This document shows, piece after piece, positions 7,651 through 14,634 of a stretch of 14,634 nt of DNA. How positions within the stretch are numbered: the first letter of the stretch is position 1; each line of letters starts with the position of its first letter. Both the position numbers and the translations under genes were made by a program. Location of the stretch: positions 1 through 14,634 of the forward strand of contig CAZJVE010000020.1 in the NCBI GenBank assembly GCA_964549685.1, given 5' to 3'. Origin of the DNA: an uncultured archaeon (GTDB taxonomy: Archaea; Altiarchaeota; Altiarchaeia; IMC4; QMZM01). A model generated the notes under the pieces. The model was not told the origin of the DNA and did no database searches. It worked only from the letters and a program-made list of their open reading frames with translations.

Positions 7651-8049
7651 CTAATGCCTGCCGCACTGCCCCTCGCCGTGGGAATCGCTTCTGAATTCGT
7701 GCCTTGAGCAGGCGCTTCCATCACCGGCCTCCTGAATTTCTCCGTTCTCCCACTGGGAGATTGCGTCCCTTACCGTGCCATGGGCACCGATATAGACCTT
7801 TATACCGCTCTCTTTGAACAGGTCCATGGCTCTCCAGCCAAGCCCAGCGCATAAGAGGATGTTGACTCCATTATCGGCCAGTAACTCAGGTGGATAACCG
7901 GAGCCGCCCATGTGGTGGCTCGTGTTCTCGATGGCCTTGGCCTCCTTGGACTCTGTGTCGTAGATTGTATAGTGGGTCACTCTTCCAAAGTGCTCTCCAA
8001 CAGGCTCTTCCATGCCTCTCTCCCCGTCGGTTGGTACTGCAATTTTCAT
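7651..8049 (-). CDS. NifB/NifX-family (dinitrogenase FeMo-cofactor biosynthesis domain, COG1433-like) protein
   Basis: MKIAVPT...HFGR...GLGWRA...GIKVY; Cys/His-rich C-terminal tail (CSRH..SH...CGRH). Confidence 0.88.
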   Translation of the reverse strand: MKIAVPTDGERGMEEPVGEHFGRVTHYTIYDTESKEAKAIENTSHHMGGSGYPPELLADNGVNILLCAGLGWRAMDLFKESGIKVYIGAHGTVRDAISQWENGEIQEAGDGSACSRHEFRSDSHGEGQCGRH

Positions 8050-8064
8050 CTATGAAAACACCTC

Positions 8065-8206
8065 TTTAAGTTAATCCGATTCATCGTTTTTATCCTCTTT
8101 TGGCACGTTCTTTTTGGGTCGACATTCATCTATTCGCGCTCTACTGGCGCATTACGACGGGTCGTTTGGTGTTGGCGGCCTCAGTCATTCTAGCGACCTC
8201 AAAGGA
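8065..8206 (-). ncRNA. Putative bridge RNA / seekRNA of IS copy 2 (ends approximate)
   Basis: Target match ttcatcta 8125-8132 (= 8045-8052); donor match gtcattcta 8184-8192 (= 9292-9300); GUCG/CGAC, GCGC/GCGC and GGUCG/CGACC stems. Confidence 0.75.
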
Positions 8207-9232
8207 TCAATGAAAACTCGAGGCTCGCATTGCCGTGCCGTAAGCTTGATAGTATGTTCCTCTTTTGAGCATCCAAAATATTGAAACGAGGAGTTTCCTT
8301 GCCACCGCTACTATGGCAATCCGCTTCCCCCTCTTCTTTTCCAACTTTAGGTAGATATCTCTCATCCTGCCTGGGGACTTGATTGCCTTGTGAGCGGCCT
8401 GAACTAGTATCCATCTCATGAGACATCTTCCCTGCTTTGTTATTCTGCCATGTCTCAGAGTGTTGCCCGACTGGTAGACTCTTGGAACCAAACCAGCATA
8501 TGAGCATAACTTTTCGGGACTATGGAAACGATCCAAGTCGCCTATCTCACTCAGTAGGAGTACTGCTGAAAAAGGACCTATTCCTGGAGCAGACTGAATA
8601 ATGTCCATCCAGGGACATGCTCTTGCTCTTCTCTGGAGTTCTGTCTCTGTTAAGCCTATCCTCTGGTTCAGTTCGTCAATCAGTTCCAAGTCATGATCGA
8701 CGATCATACGACTGCTATCCCTCAACTCGATGCTCTCAAGCAGTTTCCTACCGCCTTTCCCAAACAAGTCCGAGTAATGGCTCTGTACACCCTCCCTTGC
8801 TAGTACTGCATGTATCCTGTTCTTCAGCGATGTCCGCTGTTTCACCAAGGATACACGATGCGAGACCAGGACCCTCATATCCCTTATGTTCTTATCTGGC
8901 ACGTATGACTCCGGAATCAGGTCTGCTCGCAGGAGATCGGCCAGTATCCTTGAGTCTATCTTGTCCGTCTTTATCTTCGCATCTGCTATCGCCTTTGTTT
9001 TCAAAGGGTGAGCGACTACAACATCAAAGCCGGCATCATCTAGGTAATCATAAATTGGAGTTGAGACAGACGAGGCCTCAACTACCACCTTAGAGTTCCC
9101 TTCAACCCTCTCAATCAGTTCGTCAAAGCCATCCTCTGTGTTGAGGAACCTGAGTTCATCCATCTTGTTACCTTTCTCGTTCAACATCGTTGCATAACAA
9201 AACCTTTTATGCACATCTACACCTACATACAT
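8207..9232 (-). CDS. IS110-family DEDD transposase/recombinase
   Basis: YVGVDVHK (D), VVVEAS (E), KTDKIDS (D,D), SAPGIG, SYAGLVPRVYQSG, GRITKQG, AVARKLL. ATG 9232 lies 6 nt after GGAGGTG. Confidence 0.96.
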   Translation of the reverse strand: MYVGVDVHKRFCYATMLNEKGNKMDELRFLNTEDGFDELIERVEGNSKVVVEASSVSTPIYDYLDDAGFDVVVAHPLKTKAIADAKIKTDKIDSRILADLLRADLIPESYVPDKNIRDMRVLVSHRVSLVKQRTSLKNRIHAVLAREGVQSHYSDLFGKGGRKLLESIELRDSSRMIVDHDLELIDELNQRIGLTETELQRRARACPWMDIIQSAPGIGPFSAVLLLSEIGDLDRFHSPEKLCSYAGLVPRVYQSGNTLRHGRITKQGRCLMRWILVQAAHKAIKSPGRMRDIYLKLEKKRGKRIAIVAVARKLLVSIFWMLKRGTYYQAYGTAMRASSFH

Positions 9233-9236
9233 TATT

Positions 9237-9283
9237 AACACCTCCTTGTTAGTTAACGCTCGATTAACTATTGAGGAGGTGTT
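9237..9283 (-). promoter_or_regulatory. Hairpin sequestering the transposase Shine-Dalgarno (copy 2)
   Basis: AACACCTCCT/AGGAGGTGTT 10-bp stem plus TAGTTAA/TTAACTA 7-bp stem. Confidence 0.7.
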
Positions 9284-9297
9284 TTCATGTCGTCATT

Positions 9298-9759
9298 CTA
9301 TGCTCTGCCCCGGCCCATTCCTTGTCCGCGGCCCATTCCTCCGCCCTGACCTCGGCCCATGCCTCCGCCCATTCCCATTCCTTGGCCCTGGCCCATGCCG
9401 AAGTGGCCCTCGACGGTAGAGTCTGAAACGGGCTTCAACTCCCCGCTGAGGTATTTGGTAACGGCATCTTTTACGCTGCCCTGGGCCTGAACCATCTTTA
9501 TCCCAGCCGAGGAGAGGATTCTCGCTGCGTTCGGGCCAAAATTTCCAGCCATCACTGCTTCTGCCTTCTTCTCGGCTATAAACTGAGAGGCCTGGATTCC
9601 TGCCCCTCCTGCAGCATCAGAAAATTCATTTGAAATTACCTCTGCGCCTTTTATCTCGTTGCCCTCGGCCTCCACCATAGTAAAGACGGGGCATCTCCCG
9701 AAGAAGGGGGATACCTCGTCATCGAGGCCTCCTTTTGTCGTTGCAACCACAATTTTCAT
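9298..9759 (-). CDS. NifB/NifX-family protein with Gly/Met/Arg-rich tail
   Basis: MKIVVAT...SPFFGRCP...GGAGIQA...GNFGPNA...AGIK; tail GMGRGQGG repeats. Confidence 0.9.
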   Translation of the reverse strand: MKIVVATTKGGLDDEVSPFFGRCPVFTMVEAEGNEIKGAEVISNEFSDAAGGAGIQASQFIAEKKAEAVMAGNFGPNAARILSSAGIKMVQAQGSVKDAVTKYLSGELKPVSDSTVEGHFGMGQGQGMGMGGGMGRGQGGGMGRGQGMGRGRA

Positions 9760-10070
9760 TTTTCCTTCTCCAGGTCTTTCAGCCTCTGCTTTATCTCCTT
9801 CAGCTGCTCCTCTAAATCGGACATTACGTTCTTCAGATAGGTTCTCTCCTCCTCCACAGAGGGCTCACTGTAGACCGGTGCAGGGCCGTAGAATCCTCTG
9901 CCGTATGCAGGGAATCTCCTGAATCCCATCCCCCTGCCGAGGCCTCTTCCGAGGCCAAGCCTCGGTGCCGGGTTTGCATAGCCCGGTGCTGAATAGCCGG
10001 AGCAATAACCGGCCCTCCTTCCCGTCATAGGGCCCTCTCCTCGAGGCCCTGTTCCATCGCCTGCTGGCAT
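9756..10070 (-). CDS. DUF5320-family protein
   Basis: MPAGDGTGPRGEGPMTGRRAGYC N-terminus, GRG-rich middle, coiled-coil C-terminus; ATG 10070 lies 7 nt after GAGGTG. Confidence 0.85.
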   Translation of the reverse strand: MPAGDGTGPRGEGPMTGRRAGYCSGYSAPGYANPAPRLGLGRGLGRGMGFRRFPAYGRGFYGPAPVYSEPSVEEERTYLKNVMSDLEEQLKEIKQRLKDLEKEK

Positions 10071-10091
10071 TTTTATCACCTCTTTTTATTA

Positions 10092-10105
10092 TGAATATAT
10101 ATTCA
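10092..10105. promoter_or_regulatory. Perfect palindrome TGAATATATATTCA, candidate operator upstream of DUF5320
   Basis: Identical copy at 11566-11579; intergenic; just downstream of an AT-rich TATA-like element on the minus strand. Confidence 0.7.
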
Positions 10106-10116
10106 AAACTTAAATA

Positions 10117-10869
10117 TTAACGTATTTCCTCAAAACCGTTCTTTTCTGTTACAATCTGTACTTTTATGTCCGGAAGATGTTTCTTTGCCGCCTTCCCGAG
10201 CTCGTGCATAAGCTCGACGGATGGGCTTTTTATTTTCTCGTATTCCGGATCCAGTGTCCTTTCGGCTCTGAACTGCTGCAGCGTGTAGAGAGAAAAGCCG
10301 GTGTCTTTTACGACCTTTGCAATCTCCTCTATGTCCTCCTTGCTGTCGATGAGGCCCGGCACTATCGTGGTTCTGGCCTCCTTCTTTTTGTCCCAGCCCT
10401 TCAGGACGGAGAGGCTTTTCCTAACCCTGGCGACAATCTCCTCCCAGTGCTCCGGCAGCCCCGCGACCCTTCCGTACCTCTCGTCGAGGGGCGCCTTAAT
10501 GTCCGTCGAGAAGAAGTCCAGATACTGCAGCGAATTCCCCAGCATCTCGGGGAAATACAGGTTGGTGTCTATCTTCAGCAAGAGTTTTGTTTCCGATTTT
10601 ATTCTTTTCAGTAGCTCGATGGTTTCCTCCTGCAAGAGGGGTTCTCCACCCGTCACAGAGACGGCATCGACCAGGAAATTATCCTTAAGCTTTTCCATAA
10701 TTTCATCTACTTCGATCTCTCTGCAGTTCTCCTCCTCGAGCACGAGCTCCCTGTTCTGGCACCATGGGCAGCGTAGGGGGCAGCCGCATAGATATACAAC
10801 GGCTGCCGACTTCCCTGGATAGTCCAGCGTCGAGTGGTCGACTATTCCTGCGAAGTTTATCCTTGTCAT
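10117..10869 (-). CDS. Radical SAM protein, anaerobic ribonucleotide reductase activase (NrdG)-like
   Basis: STLDYPGK.AAVVYLCGCPLRCPWCQN, VTGGEP, KIDTN, DIKAP, RTTIVP, LQQF. Start moved to ATG 10869 (ATGA overlap). Confidence 0.85.
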   Translation of the reverse strand: MTRINFAGIVDHSTLDYPGKSAAVVYLCGCPLRCPWCQNRELVLEEENCREIEVDEIMEKLKDNFLVDAVSVTGGEPLLQEETIELLKRIKSETKLLLKIDTNLYFPEMLGNSLQYLDFFSTDIKAPLDERYGRVAGLPEHWEEIVARVRKSLSVLKGWDKKKEARTTIVPGLIDSKEDIEEIAKVVKDTGFSLYTLQQFRAERTLDPEYEKIKSPSVELMHELGKAAKKHLPDIKVQIVTEKNGFEEIR

Positions 10870-11207
10870 TTGCTGAACTCCTCTATAGCATCTAGCACCA
10901 TCCTCATGCATGTAAGGGCGGGGCCACCGGCCATCAGGACCGTTGCAAAGCACGCCTCGACAATCTCGTCCTTTGTCGCTCCTGCGTCAAGCGCTCCCTT
11001 GGTGTGGATGGCGATGCAGTAGTCGCATCCGGCAGCAAGCGCCACCGAGAGTGCTATAAGCTTCTTCACCTTCACCGGCAGGGCGCCATCCTCCTCCACG
11101 GTGTGCCTCTTCAGCACGCCGAACGGTCCCATCAGTCTCTGGTAGTCCTTTCCAAGATACTCCATGGTGCTCTTTGATTCTTCCAGTTTGTCTTCCATGT
11201 ATCCCAT
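10866..11207 (-). CDS. Carboxymuconolactone decarboxylase / AhpD-family protein
   Basis: GALPVKVKKLIALSVA..AGCDYCIAIH..GALDAGATKDEIVEA..MAGGPA; GAGGTG SD 7 nt upstream. Confidence 0.9.
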   Translation of the reverse strand: MGYMEDKLEESKSTMEYLGKDYQRLMGPFGVLKRHTVEEDGALPVKVKKLIALSVALAAGCDYCIAIHTKGALDAGATKDEIVEACFATVLMAGGPALTCMRMVLDAIEEFSK

Positions 11208-11234
11208 TTATGTTCACCTCGTTTTAATCTAATT

Positions 11235-11561
11235 TTATTGCCCCCTCCTCCGGCAGCCCCTTCCCCTGCCTACGATCTCATAGTCGCCGCCCTCGATCCT
11301 TATCAGCTTGCAATTCACCAGGGCGTCGGAAATTTTGCTCCTTGCGGAGTTGAGAATTCTGTTGAATGTTGGCTGGGATATTCCCATCCTCTTGGCAGCT
11401 TCCTCCTGCTCAATCCCCTCGAAGTCCTTCAGCCTGAGGGCCTCGAACTCGTCCATCGTCAGGACGGATTCCTCCAAATCGAATGCCCTTATACCTACGG
11501 GCTTGAACGCGCATATGCTGGGCTCGGAGAGAATCCTCCTGCACCTCCTTGGGCGTGGCAT
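11235..11561 (-). CDS. DUF134 (COG1342) predicted DNA-binding HTH protein
   Basis: MPRPRRCRRI...FKPVG...EFEALRLKD..G..QEEAAKRMGISQPTFNRIL..AR.KI..ALV...IRIEGG. Confidence 0.92.
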   Translation of the reverse strand: MPRPRRCRRILSEPSICAFKPVGIRAFDLEESVLTMDEFEALRLKDFEGIEQEEAAKRMGISQPTFNRILNSARSKISDALVNCKLIRIEGGDYEIVGRGRGCRRRGQ

Positions 11562-11565
11562 GTTA

Positions 11566-11579
11566 TGAATATATATTCA
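11566..11579. promoter_or_regulatory. Perfect palindrome TGAATATATATTCA, candidate operator 4 nt upstream of the DUF134 start codon
   Basis: Shares 17 nt (TTATGAATATATATTCA) with 10089-10105; TTTTATT element at 11584-11590 on the minus strand. Confidence 0.7.
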
Positions 11580-11602
11580 GAAGAATAAAAGCTATCTAGA
11601 TG

Positions 11603-12508
11603 TTACTGATGCTCATGCCTTCTCTTCAGCCTGTCGATGTCCCGGTGAGTATGCTCGTGTATGTGGAGGTGGACGTGTCCACCTTCTGTCTCGATGGTTC
11701 TTGTGAGATTTTTAATCGCCTCGTCAATGGACAGGGGTATGTCCCCCGTGCTATACCCAAAACAGGAAAGCACCTCGAAGAGTTGTGTAATTAACGGTAA
11801 CTCGAGATTTGCCTTCCACAACAGTTCCTTGTCGGTGAATATCTCCCGCGGGGTTCCCTCCCGGATTATCTTCCTGTCCAGGACGTAGACCCTGTCAGCA
11901 ATCTCTGCCACGGAATTAACGTCGTGCGTTGCGATTACTATCGTCTTTCCCTCCTTCTTCAGGGCCTTTATCAGGGCTATTATGTCGCGCTTGCTCCTGG
12001 GGTCGAGGTTGGAGAGGGGCTCGTCAAAGACGAGAATTCTCGGTTCCATGGAGAGTATGGTTGCTATTGACGCCTTCTTCTTCTCCCCGAAGGACAGGTT
12101 GTGGGGGCACCTCTCCCCGAGGTCCGGGAGGCCGACGCTCTCCAGTGCTGATGAAACTCTCCTTTTAACTTCCTTCTCAGGAAGCCCGAGGTTCATTGGA
12201 CCGAAAGCAACGTCATTGAACAAAGTGGTGGAGAAGAGCTGGTCGTCGGGGTCCTGGAACACAAGTCCTATATCCTTTATCAGTTCCCAGGTATCCTTTC
12301 CCTCGATGCTGCTGCCGAGAATCTCCACCACGCCATCCCCCCTGAGAATCCCGTTCAGATGCAACAAAAGGGTGGACTTCCCTGCGCCGTTTGGGCCGAG
12401 GACTGCTACTGACTCGCCTTCCTCTATCCCGAGGCTTATATTCCTGAGGGCCTCCGTACCGTCTGGATAAACATAGCTCAGGTTCTTTAATTCTATCGAT
12501 GCCGGCAT
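11603..12508 (-). CDS. cbiO: ECF transporter ATPase (CbiO/NikO) with His-rich C-terminal tail
   Basis: GPNGAGKST, FQDPDDQLF, LSFGEKKK, FDEP, ATHD; start at ATG 12508 directly after the cbiQ stop (12520 also possible). Confidence 0.92.
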   Translation of the reverse strand: MPASIELKNLSYVYPDGTEALRNISLGIEEGESVAVLGPNGAGKSTLLLHLNGILRGDGVVEILGSSIEGKDTWELIKDIGLVFQDPDDQLFSTTLFNDVAFGPMNLGLPEKEVKRRVSSALESVGLPDLGERCPHNLSFGEKKKASIATILSMEPRILVFDEPLSNLDPRSKRDIIALIKALKKEGKTIVIATHDVNSVAEIADRVYVLDRKIIREGTPREIFTDKELLWKANLELPLITQLFEVLSCFGYSTGDIPLSIDEAIKNLTRTIETEGGHVHLHIHEHTHRDIDRLKRRHEHQ

Positions 12509-12509
12509 T

Positions 12510-13220
12510 TTAGAGTACATGCAATGAAACTGCGAAAATTATGACTATAATTCCCTTCACATAGTCGACATTCTTAATCTCGAATTCGGCCAGGGAATTC
12601 ACGACCCCCGAATAGCCCCGGGAAATCATGGCCCCATAAACTCTCTGCGCTCTCTCATAGCTCCTCACGAACAGCATGGCAATTGAATTCCCGATTGTTA
12701 TCATCGTGCGCATATCCGTCCTCCCCTGAAACCCTCTTGCCTTTAACGAGGTGAACATCCTATGAATCTCATCAGCGAAGAGGAATATGTAGCGGTAAGT
12801 AAACTGGACTGTCTGAATCAATTTGTTCGGTACCCTGAGCTTTTCCATGGCCTTCAGCACCTGCTCGAATCTGGTTGTAGATAACATCGCAAGGGCAAGG
12901 AGTATCGCCGAAAATGCCCTTAGGGCAACCAGTGCCCCCTTCTCAACACCCTGGCTGGCGGTAATGGACAGGACAATGAAGATAAACAACACGAAGAGGA
13001 AAACCCACCTCATGCGCTCAAGAACAAAATTCAGCGGAATTCTTGAGATTAGAATGATGAGGAAGGATAGGATTAACCCTAAAGCTGCCGGAATCAAATC
13101 GTCCAGCAGTACTATCGAGAATATCAGAAGCAGGATGGATGTCAGTTTAACCCTCGGGTCCCACCTGCTCAATGGGCTTTCAATTCCTGCATACCTGTCA
13201 ATCTCATCTAGTTTAGGCAT
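12510..13220 (-). CDS. cbiQ: ECF transporter T component (CbiQ/NikQ)
   Basis: SPLSRWDPRVKL, FTYRYIF, LKARGF, LFVRSYERAQRVYGAMISRGY. Confidence 0.92.
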   Translation of the reverse strand: MPKLDEIDRYAGIESPLSRWDPRVKLTSILLLIFSIVLLDDLIPAALGLILSFLIILISRIPLNFVLERMRWVFLFVLFIFIVLSITASQGVEKGALVALRAFSAILLALAMLSTTRFEQVLKAMEKLRVPNKLIQTVQFTYRYIFLFADEIHRMFTSLKARGFQGRTDMRTMITIGNSIAMLFVRSYERAQRVYGAMISRGYSGVVNSLAEFEIKNVDYVKGIIVIIFAVSLHVL

Positions 13221-13674
13221 TCTTCTTTCTTGTTAGATAAAGCATCGCGATTCCTGCCAGTCCAAGGAGATAGCCGAGCCCCGCTATTATCCCTTGGTAG
13301 GGGGATAGTCCGGTTTCTCTTCTAATCCCTTCGCCTGCAGACTGCATTGATGTCATGTTAATAATCTCCTCGACTCTGTGACCGGGAAGGTCAGTAGATT
13401 CGATTTCGACTCTGTAGGTATCAGCTCCGATCTTCGGCGGGAAGCCGTATTCTCCCTTCTCGTCAGTAACGCCTTCAAGGTAGAATTCCTCGATGCCGTC
13501 TTTTATCGCATATATCCTGGCTGTTCCGTCTGCTATGGGCTTCCCTCCCCCGAACCAGGACTTCACCCTTATCTCCCCGATTCTGCTGCTTATATGCACT
13601 CTATGGGCAGCTGCCATGCCTGAAAGGATTAGTAATATGGTCAATGCTATCAAAAACTTTTGTCGAGTAGACAT
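13213..13674 (-). CDS. CbiL/NikL-like auxiliary protein of a Ni/Co ECF transporter; first codons are intron-derived
   Basis: Signal peptide followed by AH-R-V, FGGGKP, GVTDEKGEYGF, C-terminal TM IIAGLGYLLGLAGIA; adjacent to cbiQO. ATG 13674 lies inside intron domain VI. Confidence 0.75.
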   Translation of the reverse strand: MSTRQKFLIALTILLILSGMAAAHRVHISSRIGEIRVKSWFGGGKPIADGTARIYAIKDGIEEFYLEGVTDEKGEYGFPPKIGADTYRVEIESTDLPGHRVEEIINMTSMQSAGEGIRRETGLSPYQGIIAGLGYLLGLAGIAMLYLTRKKNA

Positions 13675-13760
13675 TTTCAACAATCCTCCTTATTTATTTT
13701 CATTTTGATTGCTTAATGCCCCTCACAGAACCGTGCTTGCGGTTTTCCCACACACGGCTC
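13662..13760 (-). ncRNA. Group II intron ribozyme domains V and VI
   Basis: DV 13760-13728 GAGCCGUGUGUGGGAAAACCGCAAGCACGGUUC (AGC triad, 2-nt bulge). DVI: GAGGGGCAU (13724-13716) pairs with AUGUCU[A]CUC; branch A at 13668, seventh nucleotide from the AC 3' end. Confidence 0.9.
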
Positions 13761-13775
13761 TTCAGCAACACATCC

Positions 13776-14634
13776 TCAGCACGAGGACAGGGCATAGGTG
13801 TTGTGATATATCCTTGGCGTAGGCAGAGGATTCCATTCCAGGAAGCGTAAATATTGCTCCCAGTTATAGCTCCTCTTCTGGCTCCGGCGGTTTATCCACT
13901 TATGGGCAAGTCTCTTTGTGCAGGCATAAAATTTCTGCAACTCCCTGAAGTTTCCGCTTATCCCATAGTATCGGTAGTGGCCTGTCAGCTTCATCTCAAG
14001 TATCCGCCACCATTCATCCATCTTTACCAGATTTCTGACTTTCCTCAACCACTGGTTCATCGCTTTCGTCTTCTGTCTGAACCTCTTAGTGCTGGTCTTC
14101 CGACCCAACCTGAACCTGCCTCCCCGGGTTTTACAGCAATAGTGTGTGAACCCAAGGAAGTCAAAAGTTGCCACTTTCCCTCTCTCACGTCGAGATTTCC
14201 ACCAGGTATTACGACCGAACTCTATTATCTGGCTCTTGCTCTCTGCAATCTCCAGCCCAAATCTCTCCAGCCTTTGCCTTAGCATTCCCTTGAATGCTGT
14301 CGCTTCATCACCATACTGAAAGCAAACTATAAAGTCATCAGCATAGCGTGTCAGCTGGGCAAAGCCTCTCAGTCCCTTCCTGACCTCATCTTCAAACCAT
14401 ATATCCAGTGCATAGTGAAGGTATATGTTAGCGAGTATTGGACTTAACACCCCACCCTGGGGTGTGCCTTTATCCGTCTCTATATACTTGCCTTCCTCCA
14501 TTATGCCCGCTCTCAGGAAGCGACCGATTATACTCAGGAAACTTGGGTCCACTATCCTTCGCTTCAAGCACATCATCAGCTGCTTGTGGTCTATGGTGTC
14601 AAAATAGCTCTTTATGTCCATATCCACAACCCAG
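13776..14634 (-). CDS. ltrA: Group II intron reverse transcriptase/maturase, N-terminus outside the window, no endonuclease domain
   Basis: WVVDMDIKSYFDTIDH, GTPQGGVLSPILANIYLH, RYADDF, FDFLGF, domain X GHYRYYG; ends shortly after RRSQKRS..W..PLP. Confidence 0.95.
   Translation of the reverse strand, partial: WVVDMDIKSYFDTIDHKQLMMCLKRRIVDPSFLSIIGRFLRAGIMEEGKYIETDKGTPQGGVLSPILANIYLHYALDIWFEDEVRKGLRGFAQLTRYADDFIVCFQYGDEATAFKGMLRQRLERFGLEIAESKSQIIEFGRNTWWKSRRERGKVATFDFLGFTHYCCKTRGGRFRLGRKTSTKRFRQKTKAMNQWLRKVRNLVKMDEWWRILEMKLTGHYRYYGISGNFRELQKFYACTKRLAHKWINRRSQKRSYNWEQYLRFLEWNPLPTPRIYHNTYALSSC

Larger units (their letters stand above)
8049..9300 (-). mobile_element. IS110-family insertion sequence, IS1111-type architecture, copy 2 (intact)
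   Basis: TCTA direct repeat at 8049-8052 and 9297-9300; inverted repeats 8052-8064 and 9276-9288; removing it rejoins two NifB/NifX genes as TAG-ATG. Confidence 0.95.
13662..14634 (-). mobile_element. Group II intron, 3' portion (5' end outside the window)
   Basis: RT/maturase ORF followed by canonical domain V, domain VI with bulged A, and the 3' end ...GUCU(A)CUCGAC. Confidence 0.93.

Noticed and set aside
124-9300. Composite transposon formed by the two co-oriented IS copies around 1376-8048
   Set aside because: Each copy has its own TCTA core on both sides, removing each separately restores a sensible coupled junction, and the copies are diverged. Independent insertions are simpler, though joint excision is not excluded.
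9301-9400. GC-rich ggcccat(t/g)cc repeats as a CRISPR or other non-coding array
   Set aside because: They encode the GMGRGQGG tail of the NifB/NifX protein; units are short and lack unique spacers.
7651-9759. Nitrogen fixation locus implied by NifB/NifX domains
   Set aside because: No nifHDK/EN genes in the window; stand-alone NifX-like proteins are common in non-diazotrophic anaerobes.
10870-10953. Extended N-terminus of the radical SAM ORF, and similar extensions at 2241, 5956, 9241, 10079 and 13683
   Set aside because: They overlap upstream genes or SD sequences; downstream ATGs fit ATGA coupling, SD spacing and family N-termini better.
177-14607. All plus-strand ORFs in the track (e.g. 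662..1330, 2964..3617, 10301..10822, 11982..12470, 13854..14282)
   Set aside because: Antisense shadows of well-supported minus-strand genes, with no recognisable motifs.
13776-14634. RT as a retron, DGR or CRISPR-associated RT
   Set aside because: Domain X plus adjacent canonical DV/DVI identify a group II intron; no template/variable repeat pair or cas genes are visible.

Overview
A probably archaeal window (GAGGTG ribosome-binding sites, TATA-like promoters, MTH1187 and MJ0307-like genes; taxonomy is inferred). Every credible gene is on the minus strand, forming one tightly packed, translationally coupled metal/redox cluster. In transcription order: CbiL/NikL-like protein, cbiQ, cbiO, DUF134, AhpD/CMD, NrdG-like radical SAM, DUF5320, two NifB/NifX-family proteins, methyltransferase, two thioredoxins, J-domain protein, MTH1187, radical SAM, secreted Thr-rich protein, ZIP transporter, two COG1149 ATPases around tsaA, and a second secreted paralog. 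Three mobile elements sit at start codons. Two are diverged IS110-family (IS1111-type) copies of about 1.25 kb, both inserted at TAG^ATGAAAA stop/start junctions. Their downstream non-coding region contains exact copies of the target (TAGATGAA) and donor (TAGAATGAC) sequences, as expected of a bridge/seek RNA. Their ends supply stop codons in all three frames, a new Shine-Dalgarno (SD) for the downstream gene, and a hairpin hiding the transposase SD. The third is a group II intron whose domain VI carries an SD and ATG that replace the start of the host gene. Also seen: a repeated 14-bp palindromic operator candidate and a chimeric deletion scar suggesting a collapsed duplication of the cluster. 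Family calls come from motif recognition by eye; no searches were run.
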